This document shows, piece by piece, positions 39,501 through 52,329 of a DNA stretch of 64,000 bases. Origin of the DNA: Eledone cirrhosa. Its lineage: Eukaryota. Under the pieces are notes generated by a model. It was not told where the DNA came from and did no database searches. It saw only the letters and a program-made list of their open reading frames with translations. Position numbers and translations under genes: made by a program. Location: NCBI GenBank assembly GCA_964016885.1, contig OZ024744.1:27776001-27840000 (forward strand). Reading direction: 5' to 3'. The first letter of the stretch is position 1; each line of letters starts with the position of its first letter.

Positions 39501-42500
39501 TTATTGTTGTTGTCGCTGTTATCACTGTTATTGTCATTGTTGTTGTTGTTGTCGCTGTTATCACTGTTATTGTCCCTGTTGTTGTTGTCGCTGTTATAAC
39601 TGTTATTGTCACTATTGCTTTTGTTGTTGTCGCTCTTATCACTCTTATTGTCATTGTTGTTGTTGTTCTCGCTGCTATCCCTGTTATTGTCATTGTTGTT
39701 GTTGTTGTACTCGCTGTTATCACTGTTATTGTCATTGTTGTTGTTGTTGTCACTGTTATCACTGTTATTGTCACTGTTTTTGTTGTTGTCGCTATTATCA
39801 CTGTTATTGTCACTGTTGTTTTTGTTGTTGTCGCTGTTATCACTGTTATTTTCATTGTTTTTTTTGTTGTTCTCGCATTTATCACTGTTATTGTCAGTGT
39901 TGTTGTTCTTGTTCTCGCTGTTATCACTGGCGTCGTCACTGTTGTTGTTGTTGTCGCTGTTATAACTCTTATTGTCACTGTTGTTGTTGTTGTTGTCGTT
40001 GTTATCACTGTTATTGTCATTATTGTTATTGTCGCTGTTATCACTGTTATTGTCATTGTTGTTGTTGTTGTTGTCGCTGTTATCACTGTTATTGTCACTG
40101 TTGTTGTTGTTGTCGCTTCTATAACTGGTATTGTCACTATTGCTGTTGTTGTTGTCGCTGTTATCACTCTTATTGTCATCGTTGTTGTTGTCGCTGTTAT
40201 CACTGTTATTGTCACTGTTATTGTTCGCGCTGTTATAACTGTTATTCTCACTGTTGTTGTTCTCGCTGTTATCAATGGTATTGACACTGTTGTTGTTTTT
40301 ATTGTCGCTGTTAGAACTGTTATTGTCACTGTTGTTATTGTTGTTGTCGCTGTTATAACTGTTATTGTCACTGTTGTTGTTGTTGTTCTCGCTGTTATCA
40401 CTGTTATTGTCATTGTTGTTGTTGACGCTGTTATCACTGTTAATGTCATTGTTGTTGTTGTCGCTGTTATCACTGTTATTGTCACTGTTGTTGTTGTTCT
40501 CGCTGTTATCACTGTTATTGTCACTGTTGTTGTTCTTCTCGCTGTTATCACTGTTATTGTCATTGTTGTTGTTGTTGTGTTCGCTGTTATAACTGTTATT
40601 GTCATTGTTGTTGTTGTTGTTGTTGTCGCTGCTATCACTGTTATTGTCACTGTTGTTGTTGTCGCTGGTATAACTGTTATTGTCACTGTTGTTTTTGTTG
40701 TTGTCGCTGTTATCACTGTTATTGTCACTGTTGTTTTTGTCGCTGTTATAACTGTTATAGTCACAGTTGTTGTTGTTGTCGCTGTTATCTCTGTTATTGG
40801 CATTGTTGTTGTCGCTGTTATAACTGTTATTGTCATTGTTGTTGTTGTTGTTGTTGCTGTTATAACTGTTACTGTCATTGTTGTTGTTGTTGTCGCTGTT
40901 ATCACTGTTATTTTCATTGATGTTGTTGTCGCTGTTATCACTGTTATTGTCACTGTTGTTGTTGTTATTGTCGCTGTTATCACTGTTATTGTCACTGTTG
41001 TTGTTGTTGTCACTGTTATAAATGTTATTGTCACTGTTGTCGTTGTTGTCGCTGTTATCACTGTTATTGTCACTGTTGTTGTTGTTGTTGTCGCTGTCAT
41101 AACTGTTCTTTTCACTGTTGTTGTTGTTGTTGTTCTCGCTGTTATCACTGTTATTGTCACTGTTGTTGTCGCTGTTATCTCCTGTTATTGTCACTGTTGT
41201 TATTGTTGTTGTTGCTGTTATCACTGTTATTGTCACTGTTGTAGTTGTTGTCGCTGTTATAACTGTTATTTTCATTGTTGTTGTTGTTCTCCCTGTTATC
41301 ACTGTTATTGTCACTGTTATTGTCACTGTTGTTGTTGTTCTCGCTGTTATAATTGTTATTGTGACTGTTGTTGTTGTCGCTGTTATAACTGTTAGTGTCA
41401 TTGTTGTTGTTGTTGTCGCTGTTATCACTGTTATTAACACTGTTGTTGTTGTTGTTCTCGCTGTTATCACTGTTATTGTTGTTGTCGCTGTTATAACTGT
41501 TATTGTCACTGTTGTTGTTGTCGCTGTTATAACTCTTATTGTCACTGTTGTTGTTGTTGTCGTCGTTGTTATCACTGTTATTGTCATAATTGTTGTTGTC
41601 GCTGTTATCACTGTTATTGTCATTGTTGTTGTTGTTGTCGCTGTTATCACTGTTATTGTCCCTGTTGTTGTCGCTGTTATAAATGTTATTGTCACTATTG
41701 CTTTTGTTGTTGTCGCTCTTATCACTCTTATTGTCATTGCTGTTGTTGTTCTCGCTGCTATCCCTGTTATTGTCATTGTTGTTGTTGTTGTACTCGCTGT
41801 TATCACTGTTATTGTCATTGTTGTTGTTGTGGTCGCTGTTATCACTGTTATTGTCACTGTTTTTGTGGTTGTTCTCGCATTTATCACTGTTATTGTCAGT
41901 GTTGTTGTTGTTGTTCTCGCTGTTATCACTGTTGTCGTCACTGTTGTTGTTGTTGTCGCTGTTATAACTGTTATTGTCGCTGTTATAACTGTTATTGTCA
42001 TTGTTGTTGTTGTCACTGTTATCACTGTTATTGACACTGTTGTTGCTGTTGTTCTCGCTGTTACCACTGTTATTGTCAATGTTGTTGTTGTTGTCGCTGT
42101 TATAACTGTTATTGTCACTGTTGTTGTTGTTGTCGCTGTTATAACTCTTATTGTCACTGTTGTTGTTGTAGTTGTCGTTGTTATCACTGTAATTGTCATT
42201 ATTGTTATTGTCGCAGTTATCACTGTTATTGTCATTGTTGTTGTTGTTGTTGTCGTCGCTGTTATCACTTTTATTGTCACTGTTTTTGTTGTTGTCGCTT
42301 CTATAACTGTTATTTTCACTATTGCTGTTGTTGTCGCTGTTATCACTCCTATTGTCATTGTTGTTGTTGTCGCTGTTATCACTGTTATTGTCACTGTTGT
42401 TGTTCTCGCTGTTATAACTGTTATTCTCACTGTTGTTGTTGTTCTCGCTGTTATCACTGGTATTGACACTGTTGTTGTTTTTATTGTCGCTGTTATAACT

Positions 42501-45500
42501 GTTATTGTCACTGTTGTTATCGTTGTTGTCGCTGTTATAACTGTTATTGTTACTGTTGTTGTTGTTGTTCTCGCTGTTATCACTGTTATTGTCATTGTTG
42601 TTGTTGTCGCTGTTATCACTGTTATTGTCATTGTTGTTGTTGTCGCTGTTATCACTATTATTGTCACTGTTGTTGTTGTTCTCGCTGTTATCACTGTTAT
42701 TGTCACTGTTGTTGTTCTTCTCGCTGTTATCACTGTTATTGTCATTGTTGTTGTTGTTGTGTTCGCTGTTATAACTGTTGTTGTCATTGTTGTTGTTGTT
42801 GTCGCTGTTATCACTGTTATTGTCACTGTTGTCGTTGTCACTGGTATAACTGTTATTGTCACTGTTGTTTTTGTTGTTTGCGCTGTTATCACTGTTATTG
42901 TCACTGTTGTTGTTGTCTCTGTTATAACTGTTATTGTCACCGTTGTTGTTGTTCTCGCTGTTATCACTGTTATTGTCATTGTTGTTGTTGTCGCTGTTAT
43001 CACTGTTATTGTCACTGTTGCTGTTGTTCTCGCTGTTATCTCTGTTATTGTCATTGTTGTTGTCGCTGTTATAACTGTTATTGTCATTGTTGTTGTTGTT
43101 GATGCTGTTATAACTGTTACTGTCATTGTTGTTGTTGTCGCTGTTATCACTGTTATTTTCACTGTTGTTGTTGTTGTTGTTGTCGCTGTTATCACTGTTA
43201 TTGTCACTGTTGTTGTTGTTGTCACTGTTATAAATGTTATAGTCACTGTTGTCGTTGTTGTCGCTGTTATCACTGTTATTGTCACTGTTGTTGTTGTTGT
43301 TGTTGTTGTTGTCGCTGTTATAACTGTTATTGTCACTGTTGTTGTCGCTGTTATAACTCTTATTGTCACTGTTGTTGTTGTCGCTGTTATCACTGTTATT
43401 GTCACAGTTGTTGTTGTCGCTGTTATCATTGTTATTGTCATTGTCGTTGTTGTCGCTTTTATAACTGTTATTGTCATTATCGTTGTTGTTGTCGCTGTTA
43501 TAACTGTTATTGTCACTGTTGTTGTTGTTGCTGTCGGTGTTATAACTGTTATTGTCACTGTTGTTATTGTTGTTGTCGCTGTTATAACTGTTATTGTCAC
43601 TGTTGTTGTTGTTGTTCTCGCTGTTATCACTGTTATTGTCATTGTTGTTGTTGTCGCTGTTATCACTGTTATTGTCACTGTTGTTGTTGTTCTCGCTGTT
43701 ATCACTGTTATTGTCACTGTTATTGTTCTTCTCGCTGTTATCACTGTTATTGTCATTGTTGTTGTTGTTGTGTTCGCTGTTATAACTGTTATTGTCATTG
43801 TTGTTCTTGTTGTTGTCGCTGTTATCACTGTTATTGTCACTGTTGTTGTCGCTGGTATAACTGTTATTGTCACTGTTGCTGTTGTTGTCGCTGTTATCTC
43901 TGGTATTCTCATTTTTGTTGTCGCTGTTATAACTGTTATTGTCATTGTTGTTGTTGCTGTTGCTGTTATAACTGTTACTGTCATTGTTGTTGTTGTTGTC
44001 GCTGTAATCACTGTTAATTTCATTGTTGTTGTTGTCGCTGTTATCACTGTTATTGTCACTGTTGTTGTTGTTGTTGTCGATTTTATCACTGTTATTGTCA
44101 CTGTTGTTGTTGTTGTTGTTGCTGTCATAACTGTTCTTTTCACTGTTGTTGTTGTTGTTGTTGTTGTCGCTGTTATAACTGTTATTGTCACTGTTGTTGT
44201 CGCTGTTATAACTCTTATTGTCACTGTTGTTGTTGTTGTCGCTGTTATCACTGTTATTGTCACAGTTGATGTTGTCGCTTTTATAACTGTTATTGTCATT
44301 GTAGTTGTTGTTGTCGCTGTTATAACTGTTATTGTCACTGTTGTTGTTGTTGCTGTCGGTGTTATAACTGTTATTAGTTACTGTTGTTGTTGTTGTTGTT
44401 CTCGCTGTTACCACTGTTATTGTCAATGTTGTTGTTGTTGTCGCTGTTATAACTGTTATTGTCACTGTTGTTGTTGTTGTTGTCGCTGTTATAACTCTTA
44501 TTGTCACTGTTGTTGTTGTTGTTGTCGTTGTTATCACTGTTATTGTCATTATTGTTATTGTCGCTGTTATCACTGTTATTGTCATTGTTGTTGTTGTTGT
44601 TGTTGTCGCTGTTATCACTGTTATTGTCACTGTTGTTGTTGTTGTCGCTTCTATAACTGTTATTGTCACTATTGCTGTTGTTGTTGTCGCTGTTATCACT
44701 CTTATTGTCATTGTTGTTGTCGCTGTTATCACTGTTATTGTCACTGTTGTTGTTCTCGCTGTTATAACTGTTATTCTCACAGCTGTTGTTCTGGCTGTTA
44801 TCACTGGTATTGACACTGTTGTTGCTTTTATTGTCGCTGTTAGAACTTTTATTGTCACTGTTGTTATTGTTGTTGTCGCTGTTATAACTGTTATTGTCAC
44901 TGTTGTTGTTGTTGTTCTCGCTGTTATCACTGTTATTGTCATTGTTGTTGTTGTCGCTGTTATCACTGTTATTGTCATTGTTCTTGTTGTCGCTGTAATC
45001 ACTGTTATTGTCACTGTTGTTGTTGTTCTCGCTGTTATCACTGTTATTGTCACTGTTGTTGTTCTTCTCGCTGTTATCACTGTTATTGTCATTGTTGTTG
45101 TTGTTGTGTTCGCTGTTATAACTGTTATTGTCATTGTTGTTGTTGTTGTTGTTGTCGCTGTTATCACTGTTATTGTCACTGTTGTTGTTGTCGCTGGTAT
45201 AACTGTTATTGTCACTGTTGTTTTTGTTGTTGTCGCTGTTATCACTGTTATTGTCACTGTTGTTGTTGTCGCTGTTATAACTGTTATTGTCACTGTTGTT
45301 GTTGTCACTGTTATCACTCTTATTGTCCCTGTTGTTGTTGTTCCCGCTGTTATCACTTATTGTCATTGTTGTTGTCGCTGTTATCACTGTTATTGTCACT
45401 GTTGCTGTTGTTGTCGCTGTTATCTCTGTTATTGTCATTGTTGTTGTTGTTGTTATAACTGTTACTGTCACTGTTGTTGTTGTTCTCGCTGTTATCACTG

Positions 45501-48500
45501 TTATTGTAACTGTTGTTGTTCTTCTCGCTGTTATCACTGTTATTTTCATTGTTGTTGTTGTTGTGTTCGCTGTTATAACTGTTATTGTCATTGTTGTTGT
45601 TGTTGTTGTCGCTGTTATCACTGTTATTGTCACTGTTGTTGTTGTCGCTGGTATAACTGTTATTGTCACTGTTGTTTTTGTTGTTGTCGCTGTTATCACT
45701 GTTATTGTCACTGTTGTTGTTGTCGCTGTTATAACTGTTATTGTCACTGTTGTTGTTGTCACTGTTATCACTCTTATTGTCCCTGTTGTTGTTGTTCACG
45801 CTGTTATCACTGTTATTGTCATTGTTGTTGTTGTCGCTTTTATCACTGTTATTGTCACTGTTGCTGTTGTTGTCACTGTTATAAATGTTATTGTCACTGT
45901 TGTCGTTGTTGTCGCTGTTATCACTGTTATTGTCACTGTTGTTGTTGTTGTTGTCGCTGTCATAACTGTTCTTTTCACTGTTGTTGTTGTTGTTGTTCTC
46001 GCTGTTATCACTGTTATTGTCACTGTTGTTGTCACTGTTATCACTGTTATTGTCACTGTTGTTATTGTTGTTGTTGCTGTTATCACTGTTATTGTCACTG
46101 TTGTAGTTGTTGTCGCTGTTATAACTGTTATTGTCACTGTTGTTGTTGTTGCTGTCGCTGTTATTACTGTCATTGTCATTGTTGTTGTTGTGGCTGTTAT
46201 CACTGTTATTGTCACTGTTATTGTCACTGTTTTTGTCGCTGTTATCACTCTTATTTTCATTGTTGTTGTTGTTCTCTCTGTTATCACTGTTATTGTCACT
46301 GTTGTTGTTGTTCTCGCTGTTATAACTGTTATTGTGTCTGTTGTTGTTGTCGCTGTTATAACTGTTATTGTCATTGTTGCGGTTGTTGTCGCTGTTATCA
46401 CTGTTATTAACATTGTTGTTGTTGTTGTTCTCGCTGTTATCACTGTTATCGTCACTGTTGTTGTTGTCGCTGTTATAACTGTTATTGTCACTGTTGTTGT
46501 TGTCGCTGTTATCACTGTTATTGTCACTGTTGTTGTTGTCGCTGTTATCACTGTTATTGTCACTGTTGTTGTCGCTGTTATCACTGTTATTGTCACTGTT
46601 GCTGTTATTGTCGCTGTTATCACTGCTATTGTCATTGTTGTTGTTGTTGTCGCTGTTATCACTCTGATTGTCATTGTTGTTGTTGTTGTTGTTCTCGCTG
46701 TTATCACCGTTATTGTCACTGTTGTTGTCGCTGTTATCACTGTTATTGTCACTGTTGTTATTGTTGTTGTTGCTGTTATCACTGTTATTGTCACTGTTGT
46801 AGTTGTTGTCGCTGTTATAACTGTTATTGTCACTGTTGTTGTTGCTGTCGTTGTTATCACTGTTATTGTCATTGCTGCTATTGTACTCGCTGTTATCACT
46901 GTTATTGTTGTTGTTGTAGTGGCTGTTATCACTGTTATTGTCACTGTTGTTGTCGCTGTTATCACTGTTATTTTCATTGTTGTTGTTGTTGTTCTCTGTT
47001 ATCACTGTTATTGTCATTGTTGTTGTTGTTGTCGCTGTTGCCACTGTTATTAACACTGTTGTTGTTGTTGTTCTCGCTGTTATCACTGTTATTGTCACTG
47101 TTGTTGTTGTCGCTGTTATAACTGTTATTGTCACTGTTGTTGTTGCTGTTGTCGCTGTCATAACTCTTATTGTCACTGTTGTTGTTGTTGTCGTTGTTAT
47201 CACTGTTATTGTCATTATTGTTGTTCTCGCTGTTATCAATGGTATTGACACTGTTGTTGTTGTTGTCGCTGTTATAACTGTTATTGTCTCTGTTGATGTT
47301 GTTGTTGTCGCTGTTATAACTGTTATTGTCACTGTTGTTGTTGTCGCTGTTATAACTCTTATTGTCACTGTTGTTGTTGTTATCATCGTTGTTATCACTG
47401 TTATTGTCATTATTGTTGTTGTCGCTGTTATCACTGTTATTGTCATTGTTGTTGTTGTTGTCGCTGTTATCACTGTTATTGTCCCTGTTGTTGTTGTCGC
47501 TGTTATAACTGTTATTGTCACTATTGCTTTTGTTGTTGTCGCTCTTATCACTCTTATTGTCATTGTTGTTGTTGTTCTCGCTGCTATCCCTGTTATTGTC
47601 ATTGTTGTTGTTGTTGTACTCGCTGTTATCACTGTTATTGTCATTGTTGTTGTTGTTGTCGCTGTTATCACTGTTATTTTCATTGTTTTTGTTGTTGTTC
47701 TCGCATTTATCACTGTTATTGTCAGTGTTGTTGTTGTTGTCACTGTTATAAATGTTATTGTCACTGTTGTCGTTGTTGTCGCTGTTATCACTGTTATTGT
47801 CACTGTTGTTGTTGTTGTTGTCGCTGTCATAACTGTTCTTTTCACTGTTGTTGTTGTTGTTGTCGCTGTTATAACTGTTATTGTCACTGTTGTTGTCGCT
47901 GTTATAACTCTTATTGTCACTGTTGTTGTTGTTGTTGTCGCTGTTATAACTGTTATTGTCACTGTTATTGTCACTGTTATTGTCACTGTTGTTGTTGTTG
48001 TTGTCGCTGTTATAACTCTTATTGTCACTGTTGTTGTTGTTGTTGTCGTTGTTATCACTGTTATTGTCATTATTGTTATGGTCGCTGTTATCACTGTTAT
48101 TGTCATTGTTGTTGTTGTTGTTGTTGTTGTTGTCGCTGTTATCACTGTTATTGTCACTGTTGTTGTTGTTGTCGCTTCTATAACTGTTATTGTCACTATT
48201 GCTGTTGTTGTTGTCGCTGTTATCACTCTTATTGTCATTGTTGTTGTCGCTGTTATCACTGTTATTGTCACTGTTGTTGTTCTCGCTGTTATAACTGTTA
48301 TTCTCACTGTTGTTGTTCTGGCTGTTATCACTGGTATTGACACTGTTGTTGTTTTTATTGTCGCTGTTAGAACTGTTATTGTCACTGTTGTTATTGTTGT
48401 TGTCGCTGTTATAACTGTTATTGTCACTGTTGTTGTTGTTCTCGCTGTTATCACTGTTATTGTCATTGTTGTTGTTGTCGCTGTTATCACTGTTATTGTC

Positions 48501-51500
48501 GTTGTTGTTGTTGTCGCTGTTTACACTGTTATTGTCATTGTTGTTGTTGTTGTGTTCGCTGTTATAACTGTTATTGTCATTGTTGTTGTTGTTGTTGTTG
48601 TCGCTGTTATCACTGTTATTTTCACTGTTGTTGTTGTCGCTGGTATAACTGTTATTGTCACTGTTGTTTTTGGTGTTGTCGCTGTTATCACTGTTATTGT
48701 CACTGTTGTTGTTGTCGCTGTTATAACTGTTATTGTCACTGTTGTTGTTGTTGTCACTGTTATCACTGTAATTGTCACTGTTGTTGTTGTTCCCGCTGTT
48801 ATCACTGTTATTGTCATTGTTGTTGTCGCTGTTATCACTGTTATTGTCACTGTTGCTGTTGTTGTCGTTGTTATCTCTGTTATTGTCATTGTTGTTGTCG
48901 CTGTTATAACTGTTATTGTCATTGTTGTTGTTGTTGTTGTTGTTGTTGCTCTTATAACTGTTACTGTCATTGTTGTTGTTGTTGTCGCTGGTATCACTGT
49001 TATTTTCATTGTTGTTGTTGTCGCTGTTATCACTGTTATTGTCACTGTTGTTGTTGTTGTTGTCGCTGTTATCACAGTTATTGTCACTATTGTTGTTGTT
49101 GTCACTGTTATAAATGTTATTGTCACTGTTGTCGTTGTTGTCGCTGTTATCACTGTTATTGTCACTGTTGTTGTTGTTGTTGTCGCTGTCATAACTGTTC
49201 TTTTCACTGTTGTTGTTGTTGTTCTCGCTGTTATCACTGTTATTGTCACTGTTGTTGTCGCTGTTATCACTGTTATTGTCACTGTTGTTCTTGTTGTTGT
49301 TGCTGTTATCACTGTTATTGTCACTGTTGTAGTTGTTGTCGCTGTTATAACTGTTATTTTAACTGTTGTTGTTGTTGTTCTCGCTGTTATCACTGTTATT
49401 GTCACTGTTGTTGTCGCTGTTATCACTGTTATTTTCAATGTTGTTGTTGTTCTTCTCTCTGTTATCACTGTTATTGTCACTGTTATTGTCACTGTTGTTG
49501 TTGTTCTCGCTGTTATAACTGTTATTGTGACTGTTGTTGTTGTCGCTGTTATAACTGTTATTGTCATTGTTGTTGTTGTTGTCGCTGTTATCACTGTTAT
49601 TAACACTGTTGTTGTTGTTGTTCTCGCTGTTATCACTGTTATTGTCACTGTTGTTGTTGTTGTCGCTGTTATAACTGTTATTGTCACTGTTGTCGTTGCT
49701 GTTGTCGCTGTCATAACTGTTATTGTCACTGTTGTTGTTGTCGTTGTTATCACTGTTATTGTCATTAATGTTGTTCTCGCTGTTATCACTGGTATTGACA
49801 CTGTTGTTGTTGTTGTTGTCGCTGTTATAACTGTTATTGTCATTGTAGTTGTTGTTGTCGCTGTTATAACTGTTATTGTCACTGTTGTTGTTGTTGTTGC
49901 TGTCGGTGTTATAACTGTTATTAGTTACTGTTGTTGTTGTTGTTGTTCTCGCTGTTACCACTGTTATTGTCAATGTTGTTGTTGTTGTCGCTGTTATAAC
50001 TGTTATTGTCACTGTTATTGTTGTCGCTGTTATAACTCTTATTGTCAATGTTGTTGTTGTTGTCGTTGTTATCACTGTTATTGTCATTATTGTTATTGTC
50101 GCTGTTATCACTGTTATTGTCATTGCTGTTGTTGTTGTTGTCGCTGTTATCACTGTTATTGTCACTGTTGTTGTTGTCGCTTCTATAACTGTTATTGTCA
50201 CTATTGCTGTTGTTGTTGTCGCTGTTATCACTCTTATTGTCATTGTTGTTGTCGCTGTTATCACTGTTATTGTCACTGTTGTTGTTCTCGCTGTTATAAC
50301 TGTTATTCTCACTGTTGTTGTTCTGGCTGTTATCACTGGTATTGACACTGTTGTTGTTTTTATTGTCGCTGTTAGAACTGTTATTGTCACTGTTGTTATT
50401 GCTGTTGTCGCTGTTATAACTGTTATTGTCACTTTTGTTGTTGTTGTTCTTGCTGTTATCACTGTTATTGTCATTGTTGTTGTTGTCGCTGTTATCACTG
50501 TTATTGTCATTGTTGTTGTTGTCGCTGTTCTCACTGTTATTGTCACTGTTGTTGTTCTTCTCGCTGTTATCACTGTTATTGTCACTGTTGTTGTTCTTCT
50601 CGCTGTTATCACTGTTATTGTCATTGTTGTTGTTGTTGTGTTCGCTGTTATAACTGTTATTGTCATTGTTGTTGTTGTTGTTGTTGTCGCTGTTATCACT
50701 GTTATTGTCACTGTTGTTGTTGTCGCTGGTATAACTGTTATTGTCACTGTTGTTTTTGTTGTTGTCGCTGTTATCATTGTTATTGTCACTGTTGTTGTTG
50801 TCGCTGTTATAACTGTTATTGTCACTGTTGTTGTTGTTGTCACTGTTATCACTGTTATTGTCACTGTTGTTGTTGTTCCCGCTGTTATCACTGTTATTGT
50901 CATTGTTGTTGTTGTCGCTATTATCACTGTTATTGTCACTGTTGCTGTTGTTGTCGCTGTTATCTCTGTTATTGTCATTGTTGTTGTCGATGTTATAACT
51001 GTTACTGTCATTGTTGTTGTTGTTGTTGCTGTTATCACTGTTATTGTCACTGTTGTTGTTGTTGTTGTTGTTGTTGTCGCTGTTATCACTGTTATTGTCA
51101 CTGTTGTTGTTGTTGTCACTGTTATAAATGTTATTGTCACTGTTGTCGTTGTTGTCGCTGTTATCACTGTTATTGTCACTGTTGTTGTTGTTGTTGTCGC
51201 TGTCATAACTGTTCTTTTCACTGTTGTTGTTGTTGTTGTTGTTCTCGCTGTTATCACTGTTATTGTCACTGTTGTTGTCGCTGTTATCACTGTTATTGTC
51301 ACTGTTGTTATTGTTGTTGTTGCTGTTATCACTGTTATTGTCACTGTTGTAGTTGTTGTCGCTGTTATAACTGTTATTGTCACTGTTGTTGTTGTTGTTG
51401 CTGTCGCTGTTATCACTGTTATTGTCATTGTGGTTGTTGTGGCTGTTATCACTGTTATTGTCACTGTTGTTGTCGCTGTTATTACTGTTATTTTCATTGT

Positions 51501-52329
51501 TGTTGTTGTTGTTGTTCTCTCTGTTATCACTGGTATTGTCACTGTTGTTGTTGTTCTCGCTGTTATAACTGTTATTGTGACTGTTGTTGTTGTCGCTGTT
51601 ATAACTGTTATTGTCATTGTTGTTGTCGCTGTTATCACTGTTATTAACACTGTTGTTGTTGTTGTTCTCGCTGTTATCACTGTTATTGTCACTGTTGTTG
51701 TTGTTGTCGCTGTTATAACTGTTATTGTCACTGTTGTTGTTGCTGTTGTCGCTGTCATAACTCTTATTGTCACTGTTGTTGTTGTCGTTGTTATCACTGT
51801 TATTGTCATTATTGTTGTTCTCGCTGTTATCACTGGTATTGACACTGTTGTTGTTGTTGTCGCTGTTATAACTGTTATTGTCTCTGTTGATGTTGTTGTC
51901 GCTGTTATAATTGTTATTGTCACTGTTGTTGTTGTCGCTATTATAACTCTTATTGTCACTGTTGTTGTTGTTGTCGTTGTTATCACTGTTATTGTCATTA
52001 TTGTTGTTGTCGCTGTTATTACTGTTATTGTCATTGTTGTTGTTGTTGTCGCTGTTATCACTGTTATTGTCGCTGTTATAACTGTTATTGTCACTATTGC
52101 TTTTGTTGTCGCTCTTATCACTCTTATTGTCATTGTTATTGTTGTTCTCGCTGCTATCCCTTTTATTGTCATTGTTGTTGTTGTTGTACTCGCTGTTATC
52201 ACTGTTATTGTCATTGTTGTTGTTGTTGTCGCTGTTATCACTGTTATTGTCACTGTTTTTGTTGTTGTCGCTATTATCACTGTTATTGTCACTGTTGTTT
52301 TTGTTGTTGTCGCTGTTATCACTGTTATT

